A stretch of 51,253 nt of DNA, counting the filler, from Anaerolineae bacterium (GTDB lineage: Bacteria > Chloroflexota > Anaerolineae > Epilineales > Epilineaceae): assembly GCA_029262755.1 (NCBI GenBank). It is 9 parts of 9 records of this genome, joined end to end, with 100 filler letters (N's around TTAATTAATTAA, not from the genome) between each part and the next. Parts side by side here need not be neighbours in the genome. Positions count along the whole stretch, not along the records: positions 46,644 to 51,253 come from JAJCYU010000428.1; 8 more parts are not named here. One strand, given 5' to 3'. The position numbers and the translations under genes are program-made. Below are positions 47,698-51,253 of the stretch, in pieces. The stretch's first letter is position 1. Each line of letters opens with the position of its first letter. The notes under the pieces are model-generated. The model saw nothing but the letters and a program-made list of their open reading frames with translations. It was not told where the DNA came from and did no database searches.

Positions 47698-48644
47698 TGG
47701 CACTTTGTAAATACGCTTACTTCCATTACGGTCTGGAAATATTCTTCGGTTGCGGTCAGTGTCACGTATGCCGCATAAATAAAAGAAGAGAATGGACCGC
47801 ACGCTTAATACTCGAAGCTCAACAACATAAACATAGATGCTTCGTAACTTTAACTTATAATGATCATTGGCTTCCCCTTCGTGGTGAATTAATGCCAGAT
47901 GATCTAACTAAATTTTTTAAACGACTTAGAAAGGAGTTAAAAAAAAATGAACGTTTACTGCGCTATTTCGGATGTGGTGAATATGGTGAGCAAACAAACA
48001 GACCGCACTATCATGCTCTCCTATTTGGCGTTGATGAAAAAGAACAGAGCCTTATTGAGAAAGCATGGAGTAAGAACAACTCCGCACTTGGCACTATACA
48101 CATGGGTTCAATTACTGAGGACTCAATCTCTTATGTAGCCGGGTACGTTTTAAAGAAAGGCTTTAAGAAAAATACTGGTGAAAAAGAAGTTCCAGAATTT
48201 GCTCGTATGTCTTTAAAGCCCGGAATCGGTAAATTATCAATGGACCTATATGCTAAGTATATGAAAGAGCAAGGTCATAATACACAAGAAATGCAACTCG
48301 GTGGCGACTGCCCCGGACAATTACGAATAAATGGAAAGTTCTGGCCTATAGGCCGTTATCTACGTACAGCTTTCCGGAAAGGATTACAAATAAATGAAGA
48401 ACAAGCGAAGGCGATCAACATCAAGGTCTTACGTGCAGAAACGGAAAAACGTCTCAAGGAAATCGAGACGTCGCAAGAATATGAAGAGGAGGTGAAGTTA
48501 ATCAATCAGGCTCGTGTAGCCAAACTCATCGACTCACAACAAGCAAGACAACAAAAGATGATGATTTATAATCGCTCAAAAGTTGAGCTTTCAGAAAAAT
48601 TATCTCTCATCTATAAAAAAGGAAGGATTCTAGATAATGTCTAA
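47697..48644 (+). CDS. Microvirus rolling-circle replication initiator (VP4, HUH endonuclease)
   Basis: CGQCHVC, motif I FVTLTY, GEYG, motif II RPHYHALLFG, motif III YVAGYVLKK and MSLKPGIG. Confidence 0.95.
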   Translation: MALCKYAYFHYGLEIFFGCGQCHVCRINKRREWTARLILEAQQHKHRCFVTLTYNDHWLPLRGELMPDDLTKFFKRLRKELKKNERLLRYFGCGEYGEQTNRPHYHALLFGVDEKEQSLIEKAWSKNNSALGTIHMGSITEDSISYVAGYVLKKGFKKNTGEKEVPEFARMSLKPGIGKLSMDLYAKYMKEQGHNTQEMQLGGDCPGQLRINGKFWPIGRYLRTAFRKGLQINEEQAKAINIKVLRAETEKRLKEIETSQEYEEEVKLINQARVAKLIDSQQARQQKMMIYNRSKVELSEKLSLIYKKGRILDNV

Positions 48645-50154
48645 AAGATATAACCACAACCTTTCAAATAAACATAGCTCGACCTGTAAACTTGGTCAGC
48701 TAATACCAGTTAACCTCTTTGAGGTTATTCCCGGCGATATTATAAAAGGGGATACTACAAGTCTGGTCAGACTTACCCCTTTACTCGCCCCTCAGTTAAC
48801 AACAATCGAAGCCTATGTAGCACATTATTACGTCCCTTTTCGTTTAATCTGGGACGACTTCGAGGATTTTATTACAGGAGGTGAAAGCGGAAATGAAGCT
48901 CCCACATTACCTACTATCAATCTCGGAACTGTCGCCAAAAGCAGTCTGGCTGATTATTTTGGCATACCTCTTGGCGTTGCTAATACTACCGTTAATGCTC
49001 TACCTTTTCGGGCTTATGCTTCCGTATGGAACGAGCATTTCGCCGACTTCGATATCAATACCGATCTCGTTATCGACAAAACCTCAGGAGCAGACACCAC
49101 AACAAGCACAACCTTAAAACGTGTGAATTGGGCTAAAGACAACTATACATCGGCGAAGCCGTGGGCTCAAAGAGGAACAGCCATATCATTACCTCTTGGA
49201 ACTACTGCTCCCGTAATCGGAACCGCTGGTTCCATTACTTCTAACTCAAACACACCGACTATTACCGGCCCCGGTGTAACAAATCAAAAATTAAGATCTG
49301 ACGCCGTCTTACGTGATAATTTCACAACTGCCGGAACTTTCAGTTCTGATGGTGACGTTATTTTCGGTGACGAATCCGGTCTTCAAATTACCGGAACTTC
49401 ATTAAATGCCGATTTAACATCGGCTACTTCTGCATCTATCGTAGACCTTCGGGAAGCTTTTGGATTACAGAAGTTCTTGGAGCGTCAGGCAGCCGCTGGC
49501 GGTCGTTACGACAAATACTTAGGCCAATGGGGCATTGCTTCACTAGATGCCCGCCTACAGCGTCCTGAATATCTTGGCGGTGGCCACAATCCTATACAGA
49601 TATCTGAAATAGTCCAAACCGGAGTTGATTCCGGTGATGCTGGTGTAGGTAATCTTAAAGGTCACGGTATCGGTGGTATCAAATCAAACCGTTTCACAAA
49701 ATTCATACCGGAACACGGATATATAATTTCTTTTGTATATCTTAGACCTCAAACTCACTACTTAGACGGCCTTGATCGTCTTTGGTCTCGTACTACCAGA
49801 ACAGACTTTTATGACCCAGACTTAGCAGAAATAGGGATGGATACTGTTCTTAATAAAGAAGTCTATCTCGGACATTCATCTCCTGAAGGCGTACATGGTT
49901 ATAATCATCGGTACCATGACTACAGGCAAAAAAGAAACGTCATATCAGGTGATTTCCGAGACAGTGTTGCTAATTTCTGGCACCTTGCAAGAGACTTCTC
50001 CGGCGATACTGCTCTAAACGAAACATTCATTGAATGTAACCCCGGTGCTCGTATATTCGCCGAACAAACCGAAGATCACGCGTATCTACTCGTCAGCAAT
50101 AACGTTATAGCTAAGCGCATGATTAAAACCGTAAAAGCCTTAAATAAAAGATAG
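48637..50154 (+). CDS. Microvirus major capsid protein (VP1/F family)
   Basis: GQLIPV..FEVIPGD, YYVPFRLIW.DFEDFITGG, NALPFRAY, DARLQRPEYLGGG, EHGYII and FWHLARDF motifs. Confidence 0.97.
   Translation: MSKRYNHNLSNKHSSTCKLGQLIPVNLFEVIPGDIIKGDTTSLVRLTPLLAPQLTTIEAYVAHYYVPFRLIWDDFEDFITGGESGNEAPTLPTINLGTVAKSSLADYFGIPLGVANTTVNALPFRAYASVWNEHFADFDINTDLVIDKTSGADTTTSTTLKRVNWAKDNYTSAKPWAQRGTAISLPLGTTAPVIGTAGSITSNSNTPTITGPGVTNQKLRSDAVLRDNFTTAGTFSSDGDVIFGDESGLQITGTSLNADLTSATSASIVDLREAFGLQKFLERQAAAGGRYDKYLGQWGIASLDARLQRPEYLGGGHNPIQISEIVQTGVDSGDAGVGNLKGHGIGGIKSNRFTKFIPEHGYIISFVYLRPQTHYLDGLDRLWSRTTRTDFYDPDLAEIGMDTVLNKEVYLGHSSPEGVHGYNHRYHDYRQKRNVISGDFRDSVANFWHLARDFSGDTALNETFIECNPGARIFAEQTEDHAYLLVSNNVIAKRMIKTVKALNKR
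48893..49117 (+). CDS. Candidate overprinted single-TM lysis protein in the +1 frame of the capsid gene
   Basis: AGGAGGT at 48876-48882, 10 nt before the ATG; 74 aa with TM AVWLIILAYLLALLILPLMLYLFGLMLP. Confidence 0.45.
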   Translation: MKLPHYLLSISELSPKAVWLIILAYLLALLILPLMLYLFGLMLPYGTSISPTSISIPISLSTKPQEQTPQQAQP

Positions 50155-50171
50155 AAAGGAAAATTCTTATC

Positions 50172-50564
50172 ATGGAAAAATTCATTAAGCCAGTAAGATA
50201 TCCCTCCGAAGTGGAAGGAAAAACAGAACACGATGTTAATCACCGTGAAGTACCAGACTCAAAACCATGTGAGCTCGTTCTAGTCCTTGGTCAAGAAGTC
50301 CTAACTCAGAACGAGATAATAACCCGCAGTGTAAATCAAGCTCTTTCTAGGCTTGAATCTGCTCGGGAAGTGGAAACTTTAAAGGACTCTCTCGATTGGA
50401 CTGTAGACGACCCTAATGCTATACCTATTACTCAATACGAGGATACAGGGCAAACCGTTATCCTCGAACCTCCGGCACCTCCGGACCCTGCGCCGGCACC
50501 TCCGGACCCTGCGCCGGCACCCCCGGGTCCTGCGCCGGCACCTCCTACCCCTCCTCCAGCATAA
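50172..50564 (+). CDS. Acidic microvirus protein (possible internal scaffold) with a Pro-rich tail
   Basis: AAAGGA RBS; EVPDSKP...VETLKDSLDW.VDD...TQYE; position directly after the capsid gene. Confidence 0.7.
   Translation: MEKFIKPVRYPSEVEGKTEHDVNHREVPDSKPCELVLVLGQEVLTQNEIITRSVNQALSRLESAREVETLKDSLDWTVDDPNAIPITQYEDTGQTVILEPPAPPDPAPAPPDPAPAPPGPAPAPPTPPPA
50472..50545. repeat. 21-bp GC-rich coding tandem repeat x3.5 (PAPPDPA)
   Basis: ccggcacctccggaccctgcg units at 50472, 50493 and 50514 (variant), plus a partial unit at 50535. Confidence 0.92.
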
Positions 50565-50588
50565 AAAAAATTGCGATATGAGGAGAAA

Positions 50589-50632
50589 AAGAGCCCCACC
50601 CCTTGACAAGGGTGGGGCTCTTACTATATACT
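50589..50632 (+). promoter_or_regulatory. Inverted repeat with TTGACA at its apex, followed by a TATACT -10 box
   Basis: aagagccccaccccttg-a-caagggtggggctctt; TTGACA at 50603-50608, 18-bp spacer, TATACT at 50627-50632, ATG at 50640. Confidence 0.7.
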
Positions 50633-50639
50633 GCTATAC

Positions 50640-51011
50640 ATGGCTAAAAAACGTAGAAAAAATTCAAGACGTAAACGTAACATCCTCAACGTTACTCGCT
50701 CGCGGTTTACTCAATCAATCAAATCTAGGCCATTACGCAGTATAAATCAAGACGATAGGCTCCACAGACCTATCGGCAAAATAGAATCAGATCGAAAACT
50801 TCGTATCACTCTTACCTATAAATCACGTTTACGTGATACTCAAAAAAAACAACGGTTAATTCAACCGTTAAAAACTCTTAATACTTTACATAAAACAATC
50901 TGTAAAGCACGCAAAGCTAGAAAGGAGGTTATCTTTGCGTTAAAAAAAATTGGCGCCGGTTCATCAAAGCGCTCAAAAAAACGGACATATAAATCGTCCG
51001 TAAAATGTTAG
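50640..51011 (+). CDS. Highly basic microvirus protein, putative DNA-binding or packaging function
   Basis: 123 aa, very K/R-rich; ICKARKARKEVIFALKKIGAG motif. Confidence 0.7.
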   Translation: MAKKRRKNSRRKRNILNVTRSRFTQSIKSRPLRSINQDDRLHRPIGKIESDRKLRITLTYKSRLRDTQKKQRLIQPLKTLNTLHKTICKARKARKEVIFALKKIGAGSSKRSKKRTYKSSVKC

Positions 51012-51073
51012 GCCGACGGTCGGCCAGTACGTGTCTCGATACGTACTACGCTAGGTGACACCGGTCATCTAGC
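51011..51073 (+). other. Three adjacent stem-loops in the microvirus intergenic region
   Basis: ggccgac-g-gtcggcc (51011-51025), agtacgtgtc-tc-gatacgtact (51026-51047) and gctaggtgac-accg-gtcatctagc (51050-51073). Confidence 0.8.
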
Positions 51074-51253
51074 AAATCTAAAAAGAAAGGACACACTACA
51101 ATGGGTGTACTACAAATAATCCAACTTATAAGCCTTGTCTTAGGCTTAATCTCCCAAATCAACAATAGCCCGGAGCTTAAAGAATCATTCGGGCTTATTA
51201 AACACGTCTTTAAAAAAGACAAAATGTCTTTCATGGACTCACTCACTGTCATC

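Larger units (their letters stand above)
46644..51253 (+). mobile_element. Apparently complete circular Microviridae genome (about 4469 nt)
   Basis: Co-oriented pilot, Rep and major capsid genes; identical 141-nt ends (46644-46784 = 51113-51253). Confidence 0.95.

Noticed and set aside
51046..51252. Minus-strand ORFs in the microvirus (also 46592-46783 and 47160-47417)
   Set aside because: Microvirus genes are co-oriented, and these ORFs are antisense to better-supported plus-strand ORFs.
34028..51253. Inovirus and microvirus as prophages of the GC-rich bacterium or as one hybrid element
   Set aside because: Each is a separate contig with no host flanks; co-occurrence probably reflects binning or concatenation.

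Overview
This window is not one continuous locus. It is nine contigs joined by eight artificial 100-nt spacers (N-run, TTAATTAATTAA, N-run). Seven contigs are very GC-rich and look like one bacterium, probably Chloroflexota (inferred from P/T-rich secreted proteins with YLP motifs and -10 boxes directly before start codons). They encode a large secreted multidomain protein missing from the ORF track, an APC permease/PII-like/CPA2 antiporter operon, a P1B ATPase, a YbbN-type thioredoxin, MscS, PspC, MtnA, Wzm/Wzt, PlsX, MutM, a double-VWA protein, a XerC-type N-terminus, a mannose-1-phosphate guanylyltransferase, an NHL protein, RimM and KhpA. One of these contigs (37456-42675) is an accessory mosaic of toxin-antitoxin genes and gene fragments, including a dead DGR-type reverse transcriptase tail and an orphan ahcY 3' end. 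Two contigs are AT-richer ssDNA phage sequences. One is a filamentous-phage (inovirus) morphogenesis module in the order pIII-pVI-secretin-pI/Zot (34028-37355). The other is an apparently complete circular Microviridae genome of about 4469 nt (46644-51253). The strongest lead is in the microvirus: an ORF overprinted in the +1 frame of the capsid gene, with its own AGGAGGT Shine-Dalgarno and one transmembrane helix resembling the phiX174 lysis protein E. The microvirus also has a gene hidden across the circular junction and a three-hairpin intergenic element. All family calls rest on motifs recognised by eye; no searches were run.
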